A stretch of 64,000 nt of DNA from Candidatus Limnocylindria bacterium (lineage in GTDB: Bacteria; Chloroflexota; Limnocylindria; P2-11E): assembly GCA_041486085.1 (NCBI GenBank), contig JBGPKU010000007.1, forward strand, positions 14,630 through 78,629. Direction: 5' to 3'. The notes beneath the pieces were generated by a model that saw only the letters and a list, made by a program, of their open reading frames with translations, made no database searches and had not been told where the DNA came from. The position numbers and the translations under genes were made by a program. Of this stretch, positions 18,928 through 28,603 are shown piece after piece (position 1 is the first letter of the stretch; each line of letters starts with the position of its first letter).

Positions 18928-19869
18928 ATGGACGTGAGACCGTCGACGACCCTAGTGATGGGGCTGCGCACGCGCGTGCTGATCAGTCCCGCTCGCTCGC
19001 TCGACGCGCAAGACTCGCGCGGCCGGGAAGGCTCGCATGGCACACCGGTCGTCTTGATCCACGGTGTCGGAGGTTGGGCGGAAAACTGGCGCGAGGTCAT
19101 GGCGCCCATCGCGGCGAGCGGACGTGACGCGATCGCCGTCGATCTTCCCGGGTTCGGCGAGAGCGAGGCGCCGGGTCGCGTGCGCCACTTCGGGCCAGAA
19201 GACGCGTACTACCCGCGCTTTGTGCTCTCGTTGATGGACGCGCTGGACCTGCCCGCGGCGCACCTGGTCGGTTCCTCGATGGGTGGCGCGGTGGCGTACA
19301 TGGCCGCCGTGAGCGCGCCCGACCGCGTGCCATCGTTGACGCTCGCCGCAAGCGGTGGTCTGGGCAGGGACATCGCGCCGTTCCTGCGTCTGGCGACGCT
19401 ACCGGGGATGATCGCGCTCGCGAGGCTCCTCGGCCGGCCGCGGCACGGACGCGAGGTGCTGCGCACCTGCTTCTTCGACGCCTCGCGCATTCCGGACACG
19501 CTGTACGAGGAGTCGGAGCGCTACGGATTCGACTCGTATCCCGAGTTCGTGCGCGCGCTCCGATCGGGCGTCACCATCCGCGGCGTTCGCAGCAAGCTGC
19601 ACTCGCACTGGGTCGGACTTGCGCCGCGCTACACGGCGCCGGTGCTGGTCGTCTGGGGCCGCGAGGACGCCGTGCTGCCGGTCCAGCACGCTCGGCGTGC
19701 GAAAGAGGTATTCCCACAGGCGGAAGTCCAGGTGATCGAGCGCTGCGGCCACCTGCCGATGATCGAGAGGACGGAGGAGTTCCTCGCGGTCACGCTGCCG
19801 TTCCTCGATCGCGCCGAGGCCATGAGCCAGATCGGCCCCCAGGTGGCACCATTGACCGCGAACGCATGA
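18928..19869 (+). CDS. alpha/beta hydrolase
   Basis: 'VVLIHGVGGW', nucleophile elbow 'LVGSSMGG' and a C-terminal 'CGHLP' His motif. An alternative ATG start lies at 18958. Confidence 0.8.
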   Translation: MDVRPSTTLVMGLRTRVLISPARSLDAQDSRGREGSHGTPVVLIHGVGGWAENWREVMAPIAASGRDAIAVDLPGFGESEAPGRVRHFGPEDAYYPRFVLSLMDALDLPAAHLVGSSMGGAVAYMAAVSAPDRVPSLTLAASGGLGRDIAPFLRLATLPGMIALARLLGRPRHGREVLRTCFFDASRIPDTLYEESERYGFDSYPEFVRALRSGVTIRGVRSKLHSHWVGLAPRYTAPVLVVWGREDAVLPVQHARRAKEVFPQAEVQVIERCGHLPMIERTEEFLAVTLPFLDRAEAMSQIGPQVAPLTANA

Positions 19870-22301
19870 AGACGGGCGAACGACCCGCGGCCGCCATAAC
19901 CACGCCTCGCGCAAAGATCACCCTCACCCGAGAGCAGGTCATCGCCGACTATCGGCTTGCCGTGCGCAGCCGCGCCGCGAGCGAGCTCGGCCGCCGCGAG
20001 GTGCTGATCGGGCGGGCGCCGTTCGGCATCTTCGGCGACGGCAAGGAGATCGCGAATCTGGGCATGGCCCACGCCTTCCGGCCGGGGGACTGGCGCAGCG
20101 GCTACTACCGCGATCAGACGTTCATGCTCGCGGTGGGACTCGCGACGCTCGAGCAGTACTTCGCCCAGCTCTACGCGGACGCCGACGTGACGCGCGAGCC
20201 GTTCTCCGCCGGCCGCCAGATGTCCAACCACTTCGCCACACGTACGGTCGACGAACAGGGACGCTGGCGTGACCTGCTCCTCGGCGGACAGACGGCGTCC
20301 GACCTGTCGCCGGTGGGCGCGCAGATGCCGCGCTCCGTCGGGCTGGCGTGGGCGTCGAAGCTCTACCGTGCCAATCCGGCATTGCAAGATGTCGCTCGCG
20401 GCTTTTCGCGGAACGGCGACGAGGTCTGCTTCTGCACCATCGGCAACGCCGGGACGAGCGAGGGCCTCTTCTGGGAGTCCGTGAACGCGGCCGGCGTGCT
20501 CCAGGTGCCGCTCGTCATCGGCGTGTGGGATGACGGCTACGGCATCTCGGTGCCGAACGAGCTCCAGACGACGAAGAGCTCGATCTCAGCGGCACTCTCC
20601 GGCATGCAACGCGATGGGGGATCCGGATACGAGATCCGCGTGGCGAAGGGCTGGGACTACCTCGGTCTCATCGATACGTTCGCGGAGGTCACCGAGATCG
20701 CGCGTCGCGAGCACGTTCCCGCGCTCGTGCACGTGATCGAGGTCACCCAGCCGCAGGGACACTCCACCAGCGGCAGCCACGAGCGCTACAAGCCGGCCGA
20801 GCGACTGCGTTTCGAGATCGAAGGCGATCCGATCAAGCGGATGCGCGAGTGGATGATCGGCGAGGAGATCGCCGACGCCGCGACGTTGGACGAATACGAG
20901 CGCCGTGACCGCGCCGAGGTCGAGGCGATCCGCGAGCGGGCCTACGAGACTTTCCTGGAGCCGATCCGGCGGGAGCGGGACACCGCGCTCAGGCTCATCG
21001 TCGCGGCCGCCGACGGGGCCGGCATCGACCCTGATCCGCCGGTGGCGGAGCTCCGAGAGGCGGAAGATCCGAACCGCAAGCTCGTCGACCGGGCGGTCTT
21101 CCGAACGCTCGTCGAGCTGCGCCTGCACAACGGTCCCGCGCGCGACGCGCTCGCGGACTTCGCGCGCGCCTACCGGCAGGAGAACGTCGCGCGCTACACA
21201 TCACACCTGCTGAGCGACTCCGACAGCTCGCCGCTCAAGATCACGGTGGTCCCCGCGCGGTACGCACCCGACGCCGGAACGGTCGACGGTCGCGTCGTGC
21301 TGCTCCGCTGCTTCGACGCGCACCTGGCGCGGGATCCGCGCATCGTCGTGTTGGGCGAGGACGTCGGCGTGCTCGGCGACGTGAACCTCGTGTACGAGGG
21401 TCTGCAGGCGAAGTACGGGAAGGAGCGCGTCGTCGACACGGGTATCCGCGAGGCGACGATCCTGGGACAGGGGATCGGCGCCGCGATGCGCGGCCTGCGC
21501 CCGATCGTCGACATCCAGTACGTCGACTACCTGCTCTACGCGCTGCAGATGGCCTCCGACGAGCTCGCGACGATGCGTTTCCGCACCGCCGGCGGGCAGA
21601 TCGCGCCGGTGATCATCCGCACCAAGGGCCACCGGCTGCAGGGCATCTGGCATACGGGATCGCCGATGCAGATGATCCTCGGCACGCTGCGCGGCATGCA
21701 CGTCGCGGTTCCGCGCGACATGACGCAGGCGGCGGGCTTCTACAACACGCTGCTGCGCGGCGACGACCCCGCGCTGGTGATCGAGGTGCTCTCCGGCTAC
21801 CGCCTGAAGGAGCGCGTCCCGGCGAACGTCGGCGAGTTCACACTGCCGCTCGGCGTGCCCGAGACGATCCGAAGCGGGCGCGATCTCACGCTCGTCACCT
21901 ACGGCGCGCTCTGCCGCATCGCGATGGAGGCCGCGCACGAGCTTGCGGGGGTCGGCATCGAGGTGGAGATCCTCGACGTCCGGACGCTCCTGCCGTTCGA
22001 CACGGGCGAGCTGATCGCGAAGAGCGTCGCGCGGACCGGCGCGCTGCTCGTGGTGGACGAGGATCTCCCCGGCGGGGCGTCCGCATACATCCTGCAGCAG
22101 GTCCTCGACGCGCAGCGCGCGATCGATCACCTCGAGGTGCCGGCGCACGCTCTGTCCGCCGTGGCATCCCGCACGCCGGTGGGCACGGATGCCGATCACT
22201 TCACGAAGCCCGACCGCGAGGACGTCTTCGCCGCCGCGTACGCGATCGCGCGCGAGCGCGACCCGGCATCCTACCCGCCGCTCTTCGGCGCCGACGTATG
22301 A
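19866..22301 (+). CDS. 2-oxoacid dehydrogenase E1 component, fused alpha/beta subunits (TPP-dependent)
   Basis: 811 aa. The N-terminal half is E1-alpha-like ('GNAGTSEGLFWESVNAAGVLQVPLV'). The C-terminal half is E1-beta/transketolase-like ('RIVVLGEDVG...VVDTGIREATILGQGIGAA'). ATGA overlap with the upstream stop. Confidence 0.8.
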   Translation: MKTGERPAAAITTPRAKITLTREQVIADYRLAVRSRAASELGRREVLIGRAPFGIFGDGKEIANLGMAHAFRPGDWRSGYYRDQTFMLAVGLATLEQYFAQLYADADVTREPFSAGRQMSNHFATRTVDEQGRWRDLLLGGQTASDLSPVGAQMPRSVGLAWASKLYRANPALQDVARGFSRNGDEVCFCTIGNAGTSEGLFWESVNAAGVLQVPLVIGVWDDGYGISVPNELQTTKSSISAALSGMQRDGGSGYEIRVAKGWDYLGLIDTFAEVTEIARREHVPALVHVIEVTQPQGHSTSGSHERYKPAERLRFEIEGDPIKRMREWMIGEEIADAATLDEYERRDRAEVEAIRERAYETFLEPIRRERDTALRLIVAAADGAGIDPDPPVAELREAEDPNRKLVDRAVFRTLVELRLHNGPARDALADFARAYRQENVARYTSHLLSDSDSSPLKITVVPARYAPDAGTVDGRVVLLRCFDAHLARDPRIVVLGEDVGVLGDVNLVYEGLQAKYGKERVVDTGIREATILGQGIGAAMRGLRPIVDIQYVDYLLYALQMASDELATMRFRTAGGQIAPVIIRTKGHRLQGIWHTGSPMQMILGTLRGMHVAVPRDMTQAAGFYNTLLRGDDPALVIEVLSGYRLKERVPANVGEFTLPLGVPETIRSGRDLTLVTYGALCRIAMEAAHELAGVGIEVEILDVRTLLPFDTGELIAKSVARTGALLVVDEDLPGGASAYILQQVLDAQRAIDHLEVPAHALSAVASRTPVGTDADHFTKPDREDVFAAAYAIARERDPASYPPLFGADV

Positions 22302-23284
22302 CCGAGAAGTCGAACGTGCAGGCCGTGCACGACACGCTGCTGGCCGAGTTCCGCCGCGACGAGCGCTACATCCTGCTCGGCGAGGATGTCGGCGTCCGCG
22401 GCGGCGTCTTTCGCGTGTCCGATGGTTTCATCGAGGAGTTCGGGAGGCACCGCATCATCGACACGCCGGTCGCGGAATCGGCCATCGTGGGCGTCGCCAT
22501 CGGCGCCGCGCTCGGCGGGCTGCTGCCGGTCGCCGAGATGCAGTTCGCCGACTTCAGCGCGCCGGCGTTCGAGCAGATCGTCGACGAGGCCGCGCGGATC
22601 CGCTACCGCTCGAACGGCGGCTACGGCGTCCCGATGGTCATCCGCATGCCGTGGGGCGGCGGCGTCCACGGCGCGCTCTACCACTCGCAATCGGTCGAGG
22701 CTTTTTACGCCCACGTGCCCGGTCTCAAGGTGGTCGTGCCGAGCACGCCGCGCGACATCACCGGGATGCTGCGAAGCGCGCTCCGTGACCCTGACCCGGT
22801 CATCTTCCTGGAGCACAAGGCGACGTATCGCGCGGTGAAGGGCGAGGTGCCCGACGACCCGGACTTTGTGATCCCGCTCGGCCCGGCCGAGGTGAAGCGC
22901 GAGGGGACGGACATCACGGTCTTCGCGTACGGCCTGATGCTCCATCACTCGCTGCGGGCGGCTGAGGAGCTGGCGAAGGAAGGCGTGTCCGTGGGCGTCG
23001 TCGACGTGCGCAGCCTGCGGCCCCTGGACGCAGGCACGATCCTTCGGGAAGCGCGCAGGACCGGCAAGTGTTTGGTCGTTTATGAGGACAACCGGATGTT
23101 CGGCGCCGGGGCCGAGATCGCCGCGATGATCGCCGAGGAGGCCTTTGACGCCCTGGACGCGCCGGTCATGCGGATCGGCGGGCCGGAGGTGCCCGCGATG
23201 CCGTACAACAAACCACAGGAGGACTGGTTCATGCCAGACCCGTCCAAGATCGCGGCGAAGATGCGCGAGCTCGCGGCGTATTAG
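22298..23284 (+). CDS. alpha-ketoacid dehydrogenase E1 subunit beta
   Basis: 328 aa with 'ILLGEDVGVRGGVFRVSDG', 'IDTPVAESAIVGVAIGAA' and 'VIFLEHK'. ATGA overlap with the fused E1. Confidence 0.85.
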   Translation: MTEKSNVQAVHDTLLAEFRRDERYILLGEDVGVRGGVFRVSDGFIEEFGRHRIIDTPVAESAIVGVAIGAALGGLLPVAEMQFADFSAPAFEQIVDEAARIRYRSNGGYGVPMVIRMPWGGGVHGALYHSQSVEAFYAHVPGLKVVVPSTPRDITGMLRSALRDPDPVIFLEHKATYRAVKGEVPDDPDFVIPLGPAEVKREGTDITVFAYGLMLHHSLRAAEELAKEGVSVGVVDVRSLRPLDAGTILREARRTGKCLVVYEDNRMFGAGAEIAAMIAEEAFDALDAPVMRIGGPEVPAMPYNKPQEDWFMPDPSKIAAKMRELAAY

Positions 23285-23295
23285 TAGAGGTGAGC

Positions 23296-24666
23296 ATGTT
23301 CGAGCTGAAGATGCCGAAGCTCGGTGAGTCGGTCACCGAGGGAACGATCGGGAAGTGGCTGAAGAAGCCTGGCGAGAGGGTAAACAAGTACGACCTCCTC
23401 GTCGAGGTGCAGACGGACAAGGTGAATACGGAGATCCCGTCACCGGTGTCCGGCACGCTCCGCGAAGTGAAGGTCGAGGAGGGGCAGACGGTTCCGATCG
23501 GGACGTTGCTTGCCATCTTCGACACCGCCGAGGCCGAGGCGGCCGTGGCATCGCCCGCATCCGGCGGCGCCGCCCAGGCGACCGCGAGCGCCACGAGCGC
23601 ATCACCGGCAACGGCGCCGGCGCGACCGGCGCCGGCTCCGGCCTACGCGTCCGCGGCAGCGCCATCGCGCCCATCAGGCGGCAACGGCGAAGCTGCCGCT
23701 CGTCCGGATCTCTCGGACATCCGAGCGACCCCCGCCGTGCGCAGGCTCGCGTCGGAGAACGGTGTCGACATCTCACAGCTCGAGGGCACCGGGCTCGGCG
23801 GCCGCGTCTCCAAGAAGGACGTCGAGGACTTCATCGCGCAGGCGCAGGCGCAGCCCGCCGCGCAGGCGCGTCCGCAGGCCACGGTCCAGCAGCAGCAGGC
23901 GTCCCAGGTGGTCCCCGCGCAGCAACAGACGCAGACCGCGCGAACCGCGCCCGTGCCAAGCCTGGCGGGGGACACGCTCGTGCCGCTGACGCAGATGCGC
24001 CGCGCGATCGCGAACAACATGGTCCAGGCATGGAGCGCGCCGCACGCGCACGCGGTGATGCCGGTCGACATGACCGAGCTCATGAAGTACCGCGAGAAGG
24101 TCCGCCACGAGTTCATGGCGCGGGAGGGCTTCGACCTGTCGCCCGCCGCGTTCATCGCGAAGGCGGTCATCGAAGCGGTCCGCTCCGTACCGCAGGTGAA
24201 CACGAGCTGGACCGATCAGGGCCTCATCATCCACCGGGAGATCAACCTCGGCTACGCGGTGGCGCTGGGCGAGGACGGGCTCATCGTCCCCGTGATCAAG
24301 GATGCCGACGGCAAGAGTCTGGCGGGTCTCATGCGCGCGATCCGCGACCTCGTCGACCGCGCAAAGGCGCGACGCCTCACGCTCGACGATCTCACCGGCG
24401 GGACCTTCACCCTGAATAACACCGGGCCGCTCGGCACGATCGTGTCGAGCCCGATCGTCCCGCCGGGCCAGGCCGCGATCATGTCGTCAGAGTCGATCCG
24501 CAAGGCGCTCACGGTGACCGAGGACGATTCCATCGCGATCCGCCAGATCATGAACATCGTCATCGGGTTCGACCACCGCGTCGTCGATGGGTCCACGGCG
24601 GCGCGGTTCCTCGCGGCGGTGCGCGACTGGCTGCAGGACGTCGGCCCGTCCGTCACGGTGTACTAG
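23296..24666 (+). CDS. dihydrolipoamide acyltransferase (E2)
   Basis: Lipoyl domain 'VEVQTDKVNTEIPSP', Ala/Pro/Gln linkers, E3/E1-binding domain 'ATPAVRRLASENGVDISQLEGTGLGGRV' and catalytic 'FDHRVVDG'. ATG 23296 lies 5 nt after GAGG; the track start is GTG 23290. Confidence 0.85.
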   Translation: MFELKMPKLGESVTEGTIGKWLKKPGERVNKYDLLVEVQTDKVNTEIPSPVSGTLREVKVEEGQTVPIGTLLAIFDTAEAEAAVASPASGGAAQATASATSASPATAPARPAPAPAYASAAAPSRPSGGNGEAAARPDLSDIRATPAVRRLASENGVDISQLEGTGLGGRVSKKDVEDFIAQAQAQPAAQARPQATVQQQQASQVVPAQQQTQTARTAPVPSLAGDTLVPLTQMRRAIANNMVQAWSAPHAHAVMPVDMTELMKYREKVRHEFMAREGFDLSPAAFIAKAVIEAVRSVPQVNTSWTDQGLIIHREINLGYAVALGEDGLIVPVIKDADGKSLAGLMRAIRDLVDRAKARRLTLDDLTGGTFTLNNTGPLGTIVSSPIVPPGQAAIMSSESIRKALTVTEDDSIAIRQIMNIVIGFDHRVVDGSTAARFLAAVRDWLQDVGPSVTVY

Positions 24667-25668
24667 ATGGCCGAGCTCGCTCCGATCGTGTTCGAGATCC
24701 CCGGCGAGGTCGAGCGACCGCGCTCGCGCGGCCGCGGAGCCGCGAACGAGAGCGTGCCGATCGACCGCGCGCGTCCCGACTGGCTGAAGGTGCGGCTTCC
24801 GACCGGGCCGACCTACGAGAACCTCCGGCGGCTCATGCGCAGCAAGGAGCTGCACACGGTCTGCGAAGAGGCGCATTGCCCGAACATGGCCGAGTGCTGG
24901 GGAGCGGGCACCGCGACGTTCATGATCCTCGGCGATACCTGCACGCGGTCGTGCGGATTCTGCGCGGTGAAGACCGGGAGGCCGGGCATAGTCGACGCCG
25001 ACGAGCCCGCGCGCGTCGGTGAGGCTGTCGCGAGGATGGCCCTCGGCCACGCGGTGGTGACGAGCGTGAACCGGGACGAGCTTCCCGACGGTGGCGCGGC
25101 GATCTTCGCGGAGACGATCCGCGAGATCCGCCGGCAGTCACCGGGCACGACCGTCGAGGTGCTCATCCCGGACTTCTTGGGCGCGGCCGCGGCGCTCGAC
25201 GCCGTGCTCGACGCGATGCCCGACGTGCTGAGCCACAACGTCGAGACCGTTCCCAGGCTGTACCGCCGCGTCCGGCCGCAGGCGCGCTACGAACGATCGC
25301 TCGGAGTCCTGCGCCGCATCAGCGACCGCACCGGAGAGATCGTTTGCAAGACCGGCATCATGGTCGGCCTCGGCGAATCGCGGGACGAGGTGCTCGCCAC
25401 GATGCGCGACATAGCCGCTCAGGGCACGGACGTGCTGACGATCGGCCAGTACCTGCGCCCTTCGTCAATGCACCTGCCGATCGAGCGGTACTGGACGCCC
25501 GATGAGTTCCACGAGCTGCGAGATCAGGGGATGACCATGGGCTTCCGTCACGTCGAGTCGGGGCCGCTCGTGCGCTCGTCCTATCACGCGGAGCGCCACG
25601 TCCTGTTCAACGCTGGGGCGGGGCGAGAGGCCCCGGTGCCGCGAAGCGGCCCCGTTCCACCGGGATGA
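24667..25668 (+). CDS. lipA: lipoyl synthase
   Basis: '[13 protein letters not shown]' and radical-SAM '[10 protein letters not shown]'. The ATG directly follows the E2 stop. Confidence 0.9.
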   Translation: MAELAPIVFEIPGEVERPRSRGRGAANESVPIDRARPDWLKVRLPTGPTYENLRRLMRSKELHTVCEEAHCPNMAECWGAGTATFMILGDTCTRSCGFCAVKTGRPGIVDADEPARVGEAVARMALGHAVVTSVNRDELPDGGAAIFAETIREIRRQSPGTTVEVLIPDFLGAAAALDAVLDAMPDVLSHNVETVPRLYRRVRPQARYERSLGVLRRISDRTGEIVCKTGIMVGLGESRDEVLATMRDIAAQGTDVLTIGQYLRPSSMHLPIERYWTPDEFHELRDQGMTMGFRHVESGPLVRSSYHAERHVLFNAGAGREAPVPRSGPVPPG

Positions 25669-26468
25669 CGTCCGCCTCCCCTTCCAACCCATCCAACCCA
25701 TCCAACCCATTGACGTCGGCACTCCCGGTCGTCGCGTCGCGGCTCGGTCGCGTCGGCTACCTCGATGGCTGGCGTCTGCAGGAGACGATCGCCACGCGCC
25801 TGCGTTCCGGCGCATACAGCGAGCCGGAGCGGATCCTGTTCCTCGAGCACGACCCCGTCTACACGATCGGGCGCAGCGGCTCTGTCGATCATCTGCTGAT
25901 CGGGCTCGACGAGGCGCGAGCCCTCGGCACCGCGGTCTATCAGGTCGATCGCGGCGGCGACATCACGTATCACGGCCCCGGTCAGCTCGTGGGCTATCCG
26001 GTCCTGCGCCTGGGCGATCGGCCGGATCTGGTGCGTTACGTCCGCGGTCTCGAGGAGGCCCTCATCGAGGTGCTGGGCTCGTACGGCATCGGCGCGCGCG
26101 CCGAGCGCGGGAAGACCGGAGTCTGGGTCGATCTTCCGGACCGCCGGCCGGCGAAGATCGCCGCGATCGGCGTTCGGGTGTCCCGCGGCGTCAGCACACA
26201 CGGCTTCGCACTCAACGTGTCCACCGATCTCGCCGCGTTCACCCGGATGGTGCCGTGTGGCTTCATCCACGAGGTCGCGTCGCTCGAACGCCTCGGCGTG
26301 GCCGCTGACGTGACCGCGGTCGCCGGTCGCGTCGCCGACGCACTCGCCCGCCGCCTCGGGCGCGAGCTCGTCTGGGGCGGCGTGCCTCCCGTTCAGGAAT
26401 CCGAGATCCCGGCCGACGCTCCCGTCCGCGGTGCTGTCGACCTCACACGTCGGATCGCCGCCGCCTAG
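25665..26468 (+). CDS. lipB: lipoyl(octanoyl) transferase
   Basis: ATGA overlap with lipA. '[18 protein letters not shown]' and '[22 protein letters not shown]'. Confidence 0.85.
   Translation: MTSASPSNPSNPSNPLTSALPVVASRLGRVGYLDGWRLQETIATRLRSGAYSEPERILFLEHDPVYTIGRSGSVDHLLIGLDEARALGTAVYQVDRGGDITYHGPGQLVGYPVLRLGDRPDLVRYVRGLEEALIEVLGSYGIGARAERGKTGVWVDLPDRRPAKIAAIGVRVSRGVSTHGFALNVSTDLAAFTRMVPCGFIHEVASLERLGVAADVTAVAGRVADALARRLGRELVWGGVPPVQESEIPADAPVRGAVDLTRRIAAA
25684..25710 (+). repeat. 3 x 9-bp perfect in-frame tandem repeat (CCAACCCAT) in the lipB 5' region
   Basis: Read directly: ccaacccat ccaacccat ccaacccat, encoding '[10 protein letters not shown]'. Confidence 0.9.
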
Positions 26469-26593
26469 CCGCGGATCACGCGACACGGTGGTCGCCGCGT
26501 GGGCGAGTACTACCGCCCGGTACCACCGGGACGGCGAACGCGACCGATCTGCTATGGAGCGTCGAGCACCTGGGCGGCTAGCGTTCGGTCAAG

Positions 26594-26944
26594 GTGGGTA
26601 TGGCGTTCCTCGGGGATCTCGCACGGCAGCGCTCGCTTGCGTCAGCGGCGTTCCTCTTCCTGTTGCTCGTGGATGAGATCGAAGGACTCGTCTTCCTCGC
26701 CATCGGCGTTCTGCTTGGGCGCATCGACCTCTTCGTCGCGGTCCAGGACGTCCTCTTCCCGGCGGCTCTGTTCGTCGCCGGCGCCGTCGCGCTCACGCGC
26801 AGCTGGCGCCCGAGCCGTGAGGTACAGCCGCTCGTTCCGGTCGAGATGGTCGAGCTCTCCACGCTGACGGAGCGTATCGGGGCACCGCTCCCCGCCGCCC
26901 TGTCGGCGGCCTCGCGCGCGCCTACTTCCCCTTACGGGCGATAG
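26594..26944 (+). CDS. hypothetical hydrophobic protein (coding strand uncertain)
   Basis: This is the only ORF here with a usable start (GTG 26594 / ATG 26600). The NTC-biased codons (CTC/GTC/TTC) are equally what the antisense of an acidic GAG/GAC/GAA-rich ORF on the minus strand would give; see findings. Confidence 0.3.
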   Translation: MGMAFLGDLARQRSLASAAFLFLLLVDEIEGLVFLAIGVLLGRIDLFVAVQDVLFPAALFVAGAVALTRSWRPSREVQPLVPVEMVELSTLTERIGAPLPAALSAASRAPTSPYGR

Positions 26945-27218
26945 CGCGCACGAACGTCTCGACGGGGATCGCGCTGAGGGTCTCGATCGAGACCGTTCCT
27001 CTCGCGCCGAGCGCAACGCTGATCCGTGCGATCGTCTCGATGTCCTTCGCCTCGACGATGTTCACGAAGTCGTAGCGGCCGAGCGTCGCATACTGCGCGA
27101 CCACGCGAGCGCCAAGTGCCTCGATCTCCTTGTTGACCTCTTTGATGCGCCGCGGGCTTGACTGGATCGTCTTGATCCCTGCCGCGCTGACCTTGGTGAG
27201 GAGCACGTAGGTCGCCAT
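26922..27218 (-). CDS. GYD domain-containing protein
   Basis: 98 aa with 'MATYVLLTKVS...LGRYDFVNIVEA...', matching the GYD family pattern. Confidence 0.8.
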   Translation of the reverse strand: MATYVLLTKVSAAGIKTIQSSPRRIKEVNKEIEALGARVVAQYATLGRYDFVNIVEAKDIETIARISVALGARGTVSIETLSAIPVETFVRAIARKGK

Positions 27219-27253
27219 CGATGCCTCCCTGGCCGATACTCGGTCGAGAGCAT

Positions 27254-27571
27254 ATGACGACCTTCACGCGCGCCCAGGCCGAAGCGCTGCTGCCGCAGGT
27301 TCGACCGCTGCTCGAGGATCTGCAGCGCCGCATCGCGGCGTACCGGCGCCGGCCGACCGACCCGGTGGCGCGCGAGATAGAGGCGATCGTGCGCGAGATC
27401 GTCGCGCTGGGGGTCGAGGTGAAGGACGCGGATCGCGGGCTCGTCGATTTCCGCGCGATGCGCCGCGGACAGCAGATCTACCTCTGCTGGAAGCTCGGTG
27501 AGGGCGAGCGCATCGCCTTCTGGCACGACCTCGAGAGCGGCTTCGCCGGACGGAAGATCATCGAGGACTGA
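27254..27571 (+). CDS. DUF2203 domain-containing protein
   Basis: ATG 27254, 105 aa. 'GLVDFRAMRRGQQIYLCWKLGEGERIAFWHDLESGFAGRK' matches my memory of DUF2203. Confidence 0.75.
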   Translation: MTTFTRAQAEALLPQVRPLLEDLQRRIAAYRRRPTDPVAREIEAIVREIVALGVEVKDADRGLVDFRAMRRGQQIYLCWKLGEGERIAFWHDLESGFAGRKIIED

Positions 27572-27626
27572 CGCGCCTGTCGCGCACGAACGTGCGACGC
27601 GCTGTCGCATGAACGTGTGACGGCGA

Positions 27627-28603
27627 GTGGTTCACAAAGCGGGTCGCACGTGGTCTCGTTTCGTCGTGGATCGTTGCGAGCTGGCGTGGGCCGCCGGATT
27701 GTTCGACGGGGAGGGCTGGGCAGCGCGCGTCCGTAATGGTGTGCGGAACACGCGTCGTCCAGCTGCCCGGATCAATCAGGCCGGCGACGGCGCAGTGCCC
27801 CAAGTCCTGGTGCGCCTTCGGAGAGCGCTTGGTGGATCAGGGACGATCGGGGGTCCGGATCGCATCGCGGGACGGCGCGACCTCTACCGCTGGGAAGTTT
27901 CCAGCGGGTCGGACGTCGAAACCCTGCTCGATCTGCTCGCCCCGTGGGTCGGTCAGGTGAAGCTGCTACAGCTCGCAGAAGCGGCGCGACGAACACCGCC
28001 CGTCGTCACCGTGCCTGACGGTGACGACAAATGGTGTGCGTGGGCGGCGGGTCTGTACGACGGTGAAGGCTGCAGCGCGCTGCTGCATCATCGGACGCAC
28101 GCCGGATACATGACTCCCGAGCTGAGCGTTACCCAGTCGTCGGGCGTTGGCACACCCGAGGTCTTGCGGCGATTCGCGTCCATCGTCCACGCGGGCGACA
28201 TCTCCGGACCATACGTCCAACGCATCGGCGCAGGGGATGTCTATCGATGGAAAGTGTCGGCGCGTGCTGATGCCGAACGAGTGATCGGGCTCTTGTGGCC
28301 GTTTCTCGGGTCCGTCAAACGCATTCAGGCGCAGCACTGTTGGATACGCTCGCGACGCAGTCGGTCCTCCCGCGCGGCAACCCGGCTTGGGGCCGGGACA
28401 AGACACACTGCGTTCATGGCCGCGAGTATGCGTCGGCGCGACTGCGTCGATACGTGTCGCGAGGCGTGCGGGTGCCGCGTCGAGAGAATCAACTCTGTTT
28501 GGTCTGTCTGCGGGAGTACGCGCGCCGGCAGCGCGAGAAAAGAGATCGACGGCCGATGACGACCGCCGATCTCTGTCAGAGCCCGCGTACGCCTACTTGT
28601 TGA
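27627..28603 (+). mobile_element. free-standing double-motif LAGLIDADG homing endonuclease gene with an apparent -1 frame break near 28325-28335 and a Cys/His-rich tail
   Basis: Two LAGLIDADG motifs: 'LAWAAGLFDGEGW' and 'CAWAAGLYDGEGC'. After 'SVKRIQA' the frame-0 product turns Arg/Ser-rich. The -1 frame (track ORF 28295..28603) keeps high GC3 and reads 'AALLDTLATQ...KTHCVHGREY...CLVCLREYARRQ'. Confidence 0.65.
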
